Virus record (IMG/VR): IMGVR_UViG_3300020045_003878
Span: 1 to 28,500 of that record
Origin: a virus
Lineage: Duplodnaviria > Caudoviricetes
DNA length: 28,500 bases
Direction: 5' to 3' (one strand)
The translations under genes were made by a program, and so were the position numbers. Every line of letters starts with the position of its first letter. Position 1 is the stretch's first letter. Shown in pieces: positions 17,308-25,010 of this stretch. Under the pieces are notes generated by a model. That model saw only the letters and a program-made list of their open reading frames with translations. It was not told the origin of the DNA and made no database searches.

Positions 17308-17916
17308 ATGAAAACATCAGTTATTCAAACTCCAGACATTTATCGGATGCAAAGAACGAGCGACCGATATGTTAATGCTACTCATTTTTTAAGTGAGTAC
17401 AACAAAAGTAATAACCAGCTTAAAATTTTAGGGAATTACATGAAACTCACAACCACAAGTGAGCTTATTGATGGATTAATTGAAGAGGGTATTGAAAAGC
17501 CTTTTATTTCTGCTCGCGGTAGTGGTGAGAAAGCTGGTACATGGATGCACCCTTTTTTATTACTAGACTTCGCAATGTGGCTATCAGTTGAGTTTAAAAT
17601 AATGGCTCTAAAATGGATTAATGACGGTCTTATTCAGGTAAGGCACGAGGCAGGCGACTACTACAACGAAATGACTGCTAAAATACTTGAAAAGCATATT
17701 GAGATTTATGGTTATAAACCTTCTGCAAAGCTGTTTTTAGAAGAGGCTAGGTTAATAAAAGAAGTTGCCAATATCAACAAGCCACGCAATGAAATGACTG
17801 AGTCTGAACTTGCAAAGATTACCACTCTTCAGAAGGTAAACACCACTTTAATTTCTGATAATGTTGGCAGGGAGAGCCGAAAAAAGCATTTAACTATTAT
17901 TTCACGTTCAATTTAA
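17308..17916 (+). CDS. KilA-N domain DNA-binding protein
   Basis: 'QRTSD.YVNAT', 'GTWMHP.L.LDFAMWLS.EFK'. Confidence 0.9.
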   Translation: MKTSVIQTPDIYRMQRTSDRYVNATHFLSEYNKSNNQLKILGNYMKLTTTSELIDGLIEEGIEKPFISARGSGEKAGTWMHPFLLLDFAMWLSVEFKIMALKWINDGLIQVRHEAGDYYNEMTAKILEKHIEIYGYKPSAKLFLEEARLIKEVANINKPRNEMTESELAKITTLQKVNTTLISDNVGRESRKKHLTIISRSI

Positions 17917-17921
17917 AAGCT

Positions 17922-18341
17922 ATGAAAAACTTACAATTACAACTTAAAAAACAATGGTTTGAAATGACTAAATCTGGTGAAAAAACAGAGGATTATAGAG
18001 AAATAACAGAATATTGGGCAAAAAGATTATTGGATATAAATCTAAGTCAAGAACATATAGAGGGCGGGGTTATCTGTGAGTTAATAGAAGATTTAAACTC
18101 GCTTAATAGCGATAAAAAAACACACATTTCGGCTGAAGAGTGTTTGTATAATTTTGATTGTAAGTTTAAAGTTTTCGACAGCAACACGATGACTTTAGGT
18201 TATCCAAAATCAACTGATTCAAGTCGCATTTTAAAACTTGAGCACAAAGGAATCGAAATAAGAGAAGGAAATCCAGAGTGGGGAGCAGAGAAAGGCAAAT
18301 TATATTTCGTAATTAAACACGGTAACTTTTTAAATAATTAG
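17922..18341 (+). CDS. ASCH (PUA-like) domain protein
   Basis: 'LQLKKQWFEM.KSGEKTEDYRE...YW..RL', 'G.PEWGAE.G..YFVI'. Confidence 0.8.
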   Translation: MKNLQLQLKKQWFEMTKSGEKTEDYREITEYWAKRLLDINLSQEHIEGGVICELIEDLNSLNSDKKTHISAEECLYNFDCKFKVFDSNTMTLGYPKSTDSSRILKLEHKGIEIREGNPEWGAEKGKLYFVIKHGNFLNN

Positions 18342-18344
18342 ACT

Positions 18345-18620
18345 ATGGCTAAAAAAGATTTATCACTCAATAAAGTGGGTGAATTGTGCGAAAAAATAAA
18401 GGGTGAAAATGGCGTTACATTTGAGGAGTTGAAAATAAATAATCCATCACTTAGCGATAATCCAATAATTCCAGTTAGACGTTATATCGAAAAATGCCCA
18501 TCACACGAACGCCCAGACCCAACATGGTCGGATAAGTTAGGCGAATATCCTGAGCTAAAAGAAAGCGATGTGATAGATATTTATGTTTTTATTAATGGTA
18601 TGCCGTGGCAAAGAAAATAG
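18345..18620 (+). CDS. Hypothetical protein
   Basis: 91-aa ORF tightly packed in the operon. Confidence 0.65.
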   Translation: MAKKDLSLNKVGELCEKIKGENGVTFEELKINNPSLSDNPIIPVRRYIEKCPSHERPDPTWSDKLGEYPELKESDVIDIYVFINGMPWQRK

Positions 18621-18808
18621 AGGCTAAAACATCCATTAAAATCGTTGTAGTTGATTGCTTAAAATGTAGTAGGGGCGAAATAGGAGCGTATGATTTAATT
18701 AATTGCGCCAAATCAATTACTCCGCAGCCGAATAGGTCGAAAAGTGGCGGTGGTTGTGTATTTTATTCGCCAAAAATGCAACCTTTTAAAGATAGCAACG
18801 TACAATAA
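18605..18808 (+). CDS. Small Cys-containing hypothetical protein
   Basis: 67 aa, GTG start, CxxC plus two further Cys. Confidence 0.5.
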   Translation: MAKKIEAKTSIKIVVVDCLKCSRGEIGAYDLINCAKSITPQPNRSKSGGGCVFYSPKMQPFKDSNVQ

Positions 18809-18884
18809 AAGCTCACCAAGGCGGGAGCATGGCGATTTTATCAGTAGTGTGACTAGGTTCGCCACCGTATTTTTCGATTTTGTT

Positions 18885-18928
18885 AATAAAAAAAAGACCC
18901 ATGAAACGTCATGGGTCTTTTTTTTATT
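18885..18928. terminator. Bidirectional intrinsic terminator between convergent operons
   Basis: Perfect 20-bp inverted repeat AATAAAAAAAAGACCCATGA-aacg-TCATGGGTCTTTTTTTTATT. Confidence 0.92.
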
Positions 18929-18966
18929 GCGTCTACTGATTGAATTGGAACGATTAACGAAATAAG

Positions 18967-18992
18967 TTGCGTCAATAAGGTTGTTAGCGGTA
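18967..18992 (-). repeat. attC-like half site (R''/L'' side) closing the cassette region
   Basis: Minus strand TACCGCTAAC-aacct-TATTGACGCAA just after the stop of 18994..19356. Confidence 0.6.
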
Positions 18993-18993
18993 A

Positions 18994-19356
18994 TTAAGGA
19001 CGCGAACCTCGGTTGACCCTAAAAAATTCTGTAGCCATTGGCGTAGCATCTATTTTTATATTGTTAATACGCTCAAATCTTCTAAGGAATTGACTAATTT
19101 GATTGATATCACAATCATTTAATTTTATAAATTTTAGGTAGTCAGATTTTTGACCTTGAAGTGAAATTACCGCCCACGATGGAGAATATTTATCGTACTC
19201 GTGAACATCAACGCTGACATCAATATTGCCTAAAACAGAATCGAAAGCTCGCTTTGTTTCTGTCAGTTCAATAGCAATTGATTGCGCCTTAGATATTTCA
19301 GACCTCAATTTGTCTAATTCGGATTTAAAAATCCAGTCAAATAGTTTTTTTATCAT
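18994..19356 (-). CDS. Hypothetical protein (putative gene cassette)
   Basis: 120 aa; bounded by GTTAGCGGTA upstream and TACCGCTAAC downstream. Confidence 0.75.
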   Translation of the reverse strand: MIKKLFDWIFKSELDKLRSEISKAQSIAIELTETKRAFDSVLGNIDVSVDVHEYDKYSPSWAVISLQGQKSDYLKFIKLNDCDINQISQFLRRFERINNIKIDATPMATEFFRVNRGSRP

Positions 19357-19401
19357 TTTTACAGTTATTAATTATGAATATTTAGATTAAAAAATAAAAC
19401 C

Positions 19402-19464
19402 TACCGCTAACACTATATTGCTGTACCCTATCGGGATGCCAGCAACATACGTCCGTTAGGCGTA
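19402..19464 (-). repeat. Complete attC-like imperfect palindrome
   Basis: Minus strand GCCTAAC-ggacg-TATGTTGCTG-gcatcccgatagggta-CAGCAATATA-gt-GTTAGCG; 57 bp core to core. Confidence 0.7.
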
Positions 19465-19467
19465 ACT

Positions 19468-19707
19468 TTAGGACACCGACAGCGCAACTGATTTAACTTC
19501 AAAATCATCATAAATACTACCACACTCACAAAATCCTTGTATTTTACATCCAGATTCTTGACACTCGGGTTCTGGGAGTAGTTCAAAAGCGTCATTGTAT
19601 AGTCGCTCTATAACTTCTTTTATAGGCATAGATGATATTACAACACTTCCATCTTTTTCGGTGAAGGAAAAATTAAGATTATCTGTACTGTTTAAAATTA
19701 TTTTCAT
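19468..19707 (-). CDS. Small acidic Cys-cluster protein (CxxxxC...CxC)
   Basis: 79 aa; 'ECQESGCKIQGFCECG'. Confidence 0.65.
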   Translation of the reverse strand: MKIILNSTDNLNFSFTEKDGSVVISSMPIKEVIERLYNDAFELLPEPECQESGCKIQGFCECGSIYDDFEVKSVALSVS

Positions 19708-19722
19708 TTAGATTGGTTTTAA

Positions 19723-19947
19723 TTAAGATTTCATATAATTAGAAAGTTCGTTTCTGTTTTCGATTGAGTTAATCAGCTCTACCACGGCATCTATATTGAC
19801 TATATTTTTATACCAAATCAATTTGCCTTCATCATTCAAACAATAAACCTTCTTTTCTTCCCATTTCTCTGCCCTGATAATTAGTGATGCCCTAATAAAG
19901 GTTGCATTTCCGCTCTCGTGCTTTAGCTTTACTAATGGATTATACAT
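19723..19947 (-). CDS. Hypothetical protein
   Basis: 74 aa; A-rich leader. Confidence 0.65.
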   Translation of the reverse strand: MYNPLVKLKHESGNATFIRASLIIRAEKWEEKKVYCLNDEGKLIWYKNIVNIDAVVELINSIENRNELSNYMKS

Positions 19948-19970
19948 AGTTTTAAAATTAGACTTTGATT

Positions 19971-20005
19971 AAATAAAACCTACCGCTAACATCATATTGT
20001 TGCAA
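19971..20005 (-). repeat. attC-like half site (L'/R' side) opening the cassette region
   Basis: AAATAAAACCTACCGCTAACA is identical (21 bp) at 19392-19412 and 19971-19991; similarity continues through ATATTG.TG.A. Confidence 0.65.
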
Positions 20006-20234
20006 TAAAACTAAACTCAATCCTCTCATTCGCCTCTGCTATGTGATTTGAAATGCACTCTACTATCTTATCTTCAAGGCATCTATTGCCTCTAATGGAT
20101 TGCAAATGTATCCCTAATTGATTAATCAAATGAGGCGAAAACACGAATGGATTGACGGAACTATGTTGGCACAGTTGGTTAGTTAAACTCATGCCATACT
20201 TGCTTAAATCGAGCCTTATTAGTACTTTTTTCAT
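19992..20234 (-). CDS. Hypothetical protein
   Basis: 80 aa; ATGA overlap with the upstream gene; stop lies within the half site. Confidence 0.6.
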   Translation of the reverse strand: MKKVLIRLDLSKYGMSLTNQLCQHSSVNPFVFSPHLINQLGIHLQSIRGNRCLEDKIVECISNHIAEANERIEFSFIATI

Positions 20235-20644
20235 ATAAACACCTCCATCTCTCTATCCTTTAAAATAAGTTTTGAGCCATTTTTAAAAACAACCTCGCAA
20301 AATAATGTAGTACTTTCTGTAGGATGGTAGTCGATTGATAAGATATCGCACAACTTAAACCTTACATAGCTCTCAGTATTTCGCCCGCAAACAGAGTAAT
20401 TGATGCCATTTTCGCAATTAGTAAGAAAATCTCTCGATACCAACCGCGCAAACGTCTCCAACTCCAATCTACTAAACCCAATCTCACTCAACTTAGCCTC
20501 TAATTTAAGCAATACGGAATCCTTAACAACATCATTTGTATTAATCAATTTTCCCAAAGTGGCCTTATGAACCCCCGTTAAATTGTGCAAAAATGAAATT
20601 TTCAAATCTCTTTTTACGATAAACTCTTTTAATTTGTTTCGCAT
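20231..20644 (-). CDS. Putative Cro/XRE-like HTH regulator
   Basis: N-terminal 'KLKEFIVKRDLKISFLHNLTGVHKATLGKLIN' fits an XRE HTH pattern. Confidence 0.55.
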   Translation of the reverse strand: MRNKLKEFIVKRDLKISFLHNLTGVHKATLGKLINTNDVVKDSVLLKLEAKLSEIGFSRLELETFARLVSRDFLTNCENGINYSVCGRNTESYVRFKLCDILSIDYHPTESTTLFCEVVFKNGSKLILKDREMEVFI

Positions 20645-20648
20645 AATG

Positions 20649-20849
20649 TTATTTATTAAAAAATATTACTGTTTCATTAGCGATAATAAAATATGACCAG
20701 CCAAGAACCGCAAGCCTAAAACAAATTAGGCTATACTCTTCAATTTCTTGAATATCCATCTCCATTTTCATAGAGTAACTTTTAATTTCGGTGGCCTCTT
20801 CGATTTGAGGCGAAATACTTTTGATGTAATTCGATACTAACTTTCTCAT
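20649..20849 (-). CDS. Hypothetical protein
   Basis: 66 aa in a tightly packed operon. Confidence 0.6.
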   Translation of the reverse strand: MRKLVSNYIKSISPQIEEATEIKSYSMKMEMDIQEIEEYSLICFRLAVLGWSYFIIANETVIFFNK

Positions 20850-20853
20850 GGCC

Positions 20854-21252
20854 TTAGTTTTTATGTGTTATTTTACCGTTTTCAAAAAAATACAATCCCT
20901 TACTAGTATTTAAGCAATACTTAAACCCATTTTCAGTGCCTTTAATTGCCATATCGTAGATGGTTACATAAGATATCAACCAATTAACTCGATTAGCCGT
21001 AAAAGCGATTGTATTGTTACTTACAACTGGATGGTATTCTTTAATAAACTCATCAAAAAATAGTGCATCGTTAATTGTTGCTGCAAATTCACTTAATCCA
21101 TATCGTTGTGCGAACACTGCCAACGGGATTAATTTTTGTTCGTCGATTATCTCTCCTTTGCTCAATGCGAGTGCATCGTTGTAATAAGGAGTAGCGATTA
21201 GGTTATTTAAATTCAACCTACTAAATGCGATTAATTGTTCTCTAAGTGTCAT
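20854..21252 (-). CDS. Hypothetical protein, first gene of the leftward operon
   Basis: Start MTLREQ at 21252, downstream of the promoter. Confidence 0.7.
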   Translation of the reverse strand: MTLREQLIAFSRLNLNNLIATPYYNDALALSKGEIIDEQKLIPLAVFAQRYGLSEFAATINDALFFDEFIKEYHPVVSNNTIAFTANRVNWLISYVTIYDMAIKGTENGFKYCLNTSKGLYFFENGKITHKN

Positions 21253-21277
21253 GTTGTTTCGTTTAATTGTTATGATA

Positions 21278-21309
21278 CAAATATAGTGCATAAAAGTACA
21301 TCTACCAAA
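21278..21309 (-). promoter_or_regulatory. Leftward Bacteroidota sigma70-type promoter
   Basis: Minus strand TTTG-N20-TATATTTG matches the -33/-7 consensus. Confidence 0.75.
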
Positions 21310-21338
21310 TTTAAATGTATTATTTTGATATATTTGCG

Positions 21339-21361
21339 TTATTTATATTGAGTATAAATAA
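21339..21361. promoter_or_regulatory. Palindromic operator-like site between divergent promoters
   Basis: TTATTTATA-ttgag-TATAAATAA. Confidence 0.5.
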
Positions 21362-21415
21362 GCGTTTTTAGGTTAAATAATCGTTGTTTTATTAGTTGGG
21401 TAATTTTGGTAGTTG

Positions 21416-21423
21416 TATATTTG
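21416..21423 (+). promoter_or_regulatory. Rightward -7 promoter element
   Basis: TATATTTG 28 nt before ATG 21452; further TAnnTTTG copies at 21329 and 21401. Confidence 0.65.
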
Positions 21424-21451
21424 TAAAACAATTAAACTAAATCATTTACTT

Positions 21452-22045
21452 ATGAAAACACCAAAAAACGATTACTTATTAAGGTTATTTATCGGCACCG
21501 ATGAGTTGAGGCCTCAATTTATGCACGCAAATAATTGCGATGGAATTATTTATGCAACAAACACCTATTTACTTGCAAAGATTAGCGCTAATATGTGCTG
21601 TAAGTCTTACGAGCAAATTAAGGCTTGGCCTAATGGTAATATTTTATTTGAGCAGTTTAATCTTAAAGAATCATTTTCAATTAGTACTGAATCTATTTTT
21701 AACGACTTAATAAAAATAGAGCTTTTATTTAAAAACAAAATGGTTGATTGTAATGAGTGCAATGGGGATGGTACATTAATTTGCGAACATTGCGACTCCG
21801 AGCATGACTGCAAGGAGTGTTGTGGGTCTGGTGAAATTAAATCCCATGAAATGATTTTATCTGGAGATGCTGATTGCATTTTATTTGGCAGGAAATATTC
21901 ACTGAGCGCTATTGACAAAATAATAAGAGTCGCTACAACCCTCTCGGTAATTGATATCACAATAGACCACAACGAAAGTGGCAGTTCTTCTATTTTCAAA
22001 ATTGGAGACTTTACAATTTTAGCCATGTGTAAATTCGACTTATGA
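21452..22045 (+). CDS. Protein with DnaJ-type Cys-rich zinc finger inside a possible beta-clamp-like domain
   Basis: CNECNGDG, CEHC, CKECCGSG; flanking 'DELRPQF...IYATNTYLL'. Confidence 0.6.
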   Translation: MKTPKNDYLLRLFIGTDELRPQFMHANNCDGIIYATNTYLLAKISANMCCKSYEQIKAWPNGNILFEQFNLKESFSISTESIFNDLIKIELLFKNKMVDCNECNGDGTLICEHCDSEHDCKECCGSGEIKSHEMILSGDADCILFGRKYSLSAIDKIIRVATTLSVIDITIDHNESGSSSIFKIGDFTILAMCKFDL

Positions 22046-22299
22046 AAATAGAAATTACAAAAGACGTATTTGAAGATAGCGATAACGAAACAGTATTAGA
22101 GGTTTCATTGCGCTGCATTTTTGAAACAAGCAAAAGAGGCTTTGATGATAATGACCACTTTATCGAAACCGACCAAAGCGATATTTACTACTCTAAAAAA
22201 GGCTATACAAGTGATGAGATAAAAGAGATAGATAAATACATCTCAGAACATGAAGAAGAGCTAAAAAATGAATTAAACGATAAATATTTAAACAATTAA
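22042..22299 (+). CDS. Highly acidic small protein
   Basis: 85 aa, D/E-rich; ATGA overlap. Confidence 0.65.
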   Translation: MKIEITKDVFEDSDNETVLEVSLRCIFETSKRGFDDNDHFIETDQSDIYYSKKGYTSDEIKEIDKYISEHEEELKNELNDKYLNN

Positions 22300-22302
22300 A
22301 TC

Positions 22303-23121
22303 ATGGAACTAAGAGTAGCAAAAAAAGAAAGTGTATTTCTTAAAATTGGAATAAGTGGCCCGAGTGGATTTGGGAAAACGTATTCTGCTTTATTATTGGC
22401 TTATGGTATCACGGGCGATTGGTCAAAAATTGCGGTAATAGATACCGAAAATAATAGCGCATCGCTTTATAGTGATTTAGGTGAATATTTAACCTTAAAT
22501 TTAACGCCTCCGTATTCGCCTGAGCGATATAATGAGGCTATAGGTATTTGCGAGCGTTCTGGAATCGAGTGTTGTGTGATTGATTCTATTTCGCATGAAT
22601 GGGAGGGTAAGGGCGGCTGTTTAGAGGCTCACGAACAACTAGGTGGACAATTTGCTCATTGGGCAAAAATAACGCCACGTCATCGCTCGTTTATCGATAC
22701 TATACTACAATGTAAAATGCACACAATTACAACAGTGCGAAAAAAACAGGATTATGATTTAGTTAAAAACGATAAAGGCAAAATGGAGCCCGTAAAAGTT
22801 GGACTAAAAGAGATAACTAGAGAAGGGTTTGAATATGAATTGACTTTAAATTTAGAGATAATCAACGCTAATCACTTAGTAAAAGCCTCAAAAGATAGAA
22901 CAAACTTATTCGACGGTGCTCCAGAGTTCATAATTACAAGCGAAACTGGTAAAGATTTGATTAAATGGGCAAAAGATGGCGAAGATTATGAGTTGAATTT
23001 AAGCCAAATAACCGATATCGAAGAGCTTAAAAATTACTACAAGTCATTAAGCGTAGCTAATCAACATAAATACAGTTCTTTAGTGACTGAATTAAAAGAT
23101 AAATTAACACCTAAAACATAA
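22303..23121 (+). CDS. Sak4-like (AAA_24) ssDNA-annealing ATPase
   Basis: Walker A GPSGFGKT, 'IAVIDTE', Walker B 'VIDSISHEW', 'REGFEYE', 'SKDRT'. Confidence 0.85.
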   Translation: MELRVAKKESVFLKIGISGPSGFGKTYSALLLAYGITGDWSKIAVIDTENNSASLYSDLGEYLTLNLTPPYSPERYNEAIGICERSGIECCVIDSISHEWEGKGGCLEAHEQLGGQFAHWAKITPRHRSFIDTILQCKMHTITTVRKKQDYDLVKNDKGKMEPVKVGLKEITREGFEYELTLNLEIINANHLVKASKDRTNLFDGAPEFIITSETGKDLIKWAKDGEDYELNLSQITDIEELKNYYKSLSVANQHKYSSLVTELKDKLTPKT

Positions 23122-23124
23122 GCC

Positions 23125-23589
23125 ATGTATGAACTATCAGCAACAAGCATCTTGACGGCTCTACCAGAAACAGTTGAGCAACAAAAAAAATACATAGCAT
23201 TGGTAAAAGAATCTATTTTGAGTGGGGATACAAACCCCCTCATTATATCACGCCAATTAAAATCTTTTGAAGATGTAATTAAATCGCTACGCACAGACGA
23301 AGAGATTAAAAAATACACCATCGAAGAGGCGCAAAAACATGGTAAATCATTTGATTTTGGCGCTAAATTCTCCCTCCAAGACCGCAAAACATGGGATTAC
23401 TCAGAGTGTGGGGATAGTGTCCTAAACGAGGCTTATGGTACTATTGAAAAATGCAAAGAGATAATCAAGACAAGGGAGGCGTTTTTAAAAACAATTACTG
23501 AGCCTATTGCGTTGTCGGGTACAGGCGAAGTAGTTATTCCGCCTACATTTAAATCAAACGAAGTTTTATCAATCACTTTAAATAAATAA
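23125..23589 (+). CDS. Hypothetical recombination-module protein
   Basis: 154 aa; 'WDYSECGD', C-terminal 'TGEVV.PP'; lies between Sak4 and SSB-like genes. Confidence 0.7.
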   Translation: MYELSATSILTALPETVEQQKKYIALVKESILSGDTNPLIISRQLKSFEDVIKSLRTDEEIKKYTIEEAQKHGKSFDFGAKFSLQDRKTWDYSECGDSVLNEAYGTIEKCKEIIKTREAFLKTITEPIALSGTGEVVIPPTFKSNEVLSITLNK

Positions 23590-23592
23590 TTT

Positions 23593-23958
23593 ATGGCACA
23601 ATCATTTGAATTTACTGGAAAAGTAAAAGCTATTTCACAAATTGAAACAGGAGTAAAAAACGATAAGACGTGGGAAAAACAAACCATCGTAATCGAAGAG
23701 AATAATGAAGAACAACACAAAGCAGGTATCGTAATTGAGGCGTTCAATAAGCCCGACGAATGTAAAAAGTGTGTAGTTGGGGCAGTAGTTAAGGCGTTTT
23801 ATAATCCACAAGCGAATGAATGGCAGGGGCGCTACTTTCAAAAAAATGGATTGTGGAAAATTGAAGTGCTACAATCCTTTTCTTTATCTCCTCAATTTGA
23901 CGTGACAAAAGATTATGGTTCTGGCGATACAGGCGGTGATGGAGATTTACCGTTTTAG
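23593..23958 (+). CDS. DUF3127-like single-stranded DNA-binding protein
   Basis: OB-fold-like 'FTGKV...W.KQ..VIE', 'EWQGRYF....WKIE'; acidic tail GDGDLPF. Confidence 0.8.
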   Translation: MAQSFEFTGKVKAISQIETGVKNDKTWEKQTIVIEENNEEQHKAGIVIEAFNKPDECKKCVVGAVVKAFYNPQANEWQGRYFQKNGLWKIEVLQSFSLSPQFDVTKDYGSGDTGGDGDLPF

Positions 23959-23960
23959 TC

Positions 23961-24122
23961 ATGGTAAAAATAATAGCTTTCGAGTGTGAAAAATGCGGAC
24001 ACTTACTAAAAACGGCACAGGGTTATGAACGACATATTAATCACTGCAATTCAGTGTACCATAAACCGTTTGTTAAAAACAAAATAAAACTAAAAAGAGA
24101 TGAGCGTAAAAACATTGATTGA
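23961..24122 (+). CDS. Small zinc-finger protein (C-x2-C-x12-H-x3-C), 53 aa
   Basis: Not in the ORF track; MVKIIAFECEKCGHLLKTAQGYERHINHCNSVYHKPFVKNKIKLKRDERKNID. Confidence 0.6.
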   Translation: MVKIIAFECEKCGHLLKTAQGYERHINHCNSVYHKPFVKNKIKLKRDERKNID

Positions 24123-24285
24123 CAAATGGGAGTCAGAACAACGCGAATTGAAACCCTACATTAAGGCACTTGGTGTAAGTATGCCAAAAAGCAGTATGAT
24201 AGCTTATTCGGTGCGCCAAAAGTGCATTGATGAGCTTAAAGAGTATCAAAAAGAGATGAGCAGTAACGGTAGTATTAACCATTAA
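24100..24285 (+). CDS. Hypothetical protein
   Basis: 61-aa helical ORF. Confidence 0.55.
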   Translation: MSVKTLIDKWESEQRELKPYIKALGVSMPKSSMIAYSVRQKCIDELKEYQKEMSSNGSINH

Positions 24286-24295
24286 AAACAATTTT

Positions 24296-24706
24296 ATGAA
24301 AAATTACGAAGTAAAATCAATCCTAACAACTGAAGACGAAAGCGGTAAGCAAATCAAAAAGAATGAGACTATTTTAGTTATAGATGCTGAGTCTTGTTCG
24401 GATGCTGAATTTCGCACTATTGAACATAAGTTGCAATTTAAAAGTTGTGAATGCGAAATAGTTTCGAGCAAAGAAAGCAAATTGCAAATTATTAATCAAG
24501 ATTACGATTTGTTTGATTCTCTTTATAAGGTGGTATCACAGGGTGTTATCAGCGGCGAAGGGGATAAATTGAAGTTTGTGAATACTCCTTATTTGGTGGG
24601 GGCTGAATCGGTTAAAGAGGCGTGTGATTTAATTCTAACCAACTCCGAAGAAGTTGTTCACGTTTCAAAATCTCGAATTGTTGAAATACTTAAAAAGAGT
24701 GAGTAA
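24296..24706 (+). CDS. DUF4494-like protein
   Basis: 'YEVK....DE.GK..K.NE..LV.DAESCSDAE.R' with an internal duplication ('YLVGAESVKEA'). Confidence 0.6.
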   Translation: MKNYEVKSILTTEDESGKQIKKNETILVIDAESCSDAEFRTIEHKLQFKSCECEIVSSKESKLQIINQDYDLFDSLYKVVSQGVISGEGDKLKFVNTPYLVGAESVKEACDLILTNSEEVVHVSKSRIVEILKKSE

Positions 24707-25010
24707 TGCGTTTATCTTAATCGCAAAGAAGGCTTTAGGGGTGGAATTTATAGAAGAACATAAGTTTCACCCTACTAGAAAATGGCGCTTTGATTATGCT
24801 TTAATTGAGGCCAAAATAGCCATTGAGGTTGAAGGTGGGGTTTGGACCAAAGGACGTCACACTAGAGGCAAAGGTTTTTTGGGCGACATGGAGAAATACA
24901 ACGAAGCGACATCGATGGGGTGGCGAATAATACGTGTTACTCCAGACTCTTTAATTAGTAATAATACATTAAGATTAATTGATAATACTTTGAAATTATG
25001 GGACAATTAG
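24699..25010 (+). CDS. PD-(D/E)xK endonuclease (DUF559/VRR-NUC-like)
   Basis: 'EHKFHPTRKWRFDYA...IAIEVEGG.W..GRH.RG.GF..D.EKYN.A...GW'; probable GTG start at 24699. Confidence 0.8.
   Translation: MSNAFILIAKKALGVEFIEEHKFHPTRKWRFDYALIEAKIAIEVEGGVWTKGRHTRGKGFLGDMEKYNEATSMGWRIIRVTPDSLISNNTLRLIDNTLKLWDN

Noticed and set aside
18744-18965. 73-aa plus-strand ORF
   Set aside because: Runs through the bidirectional terminator and overlaps the previous ORF.
18967-20005. Reading the repeats as a CRISPR array or an IS element
   Set aside because: Only three sites, separated by whole genes in mixed orientation; no cas or transposase gene.
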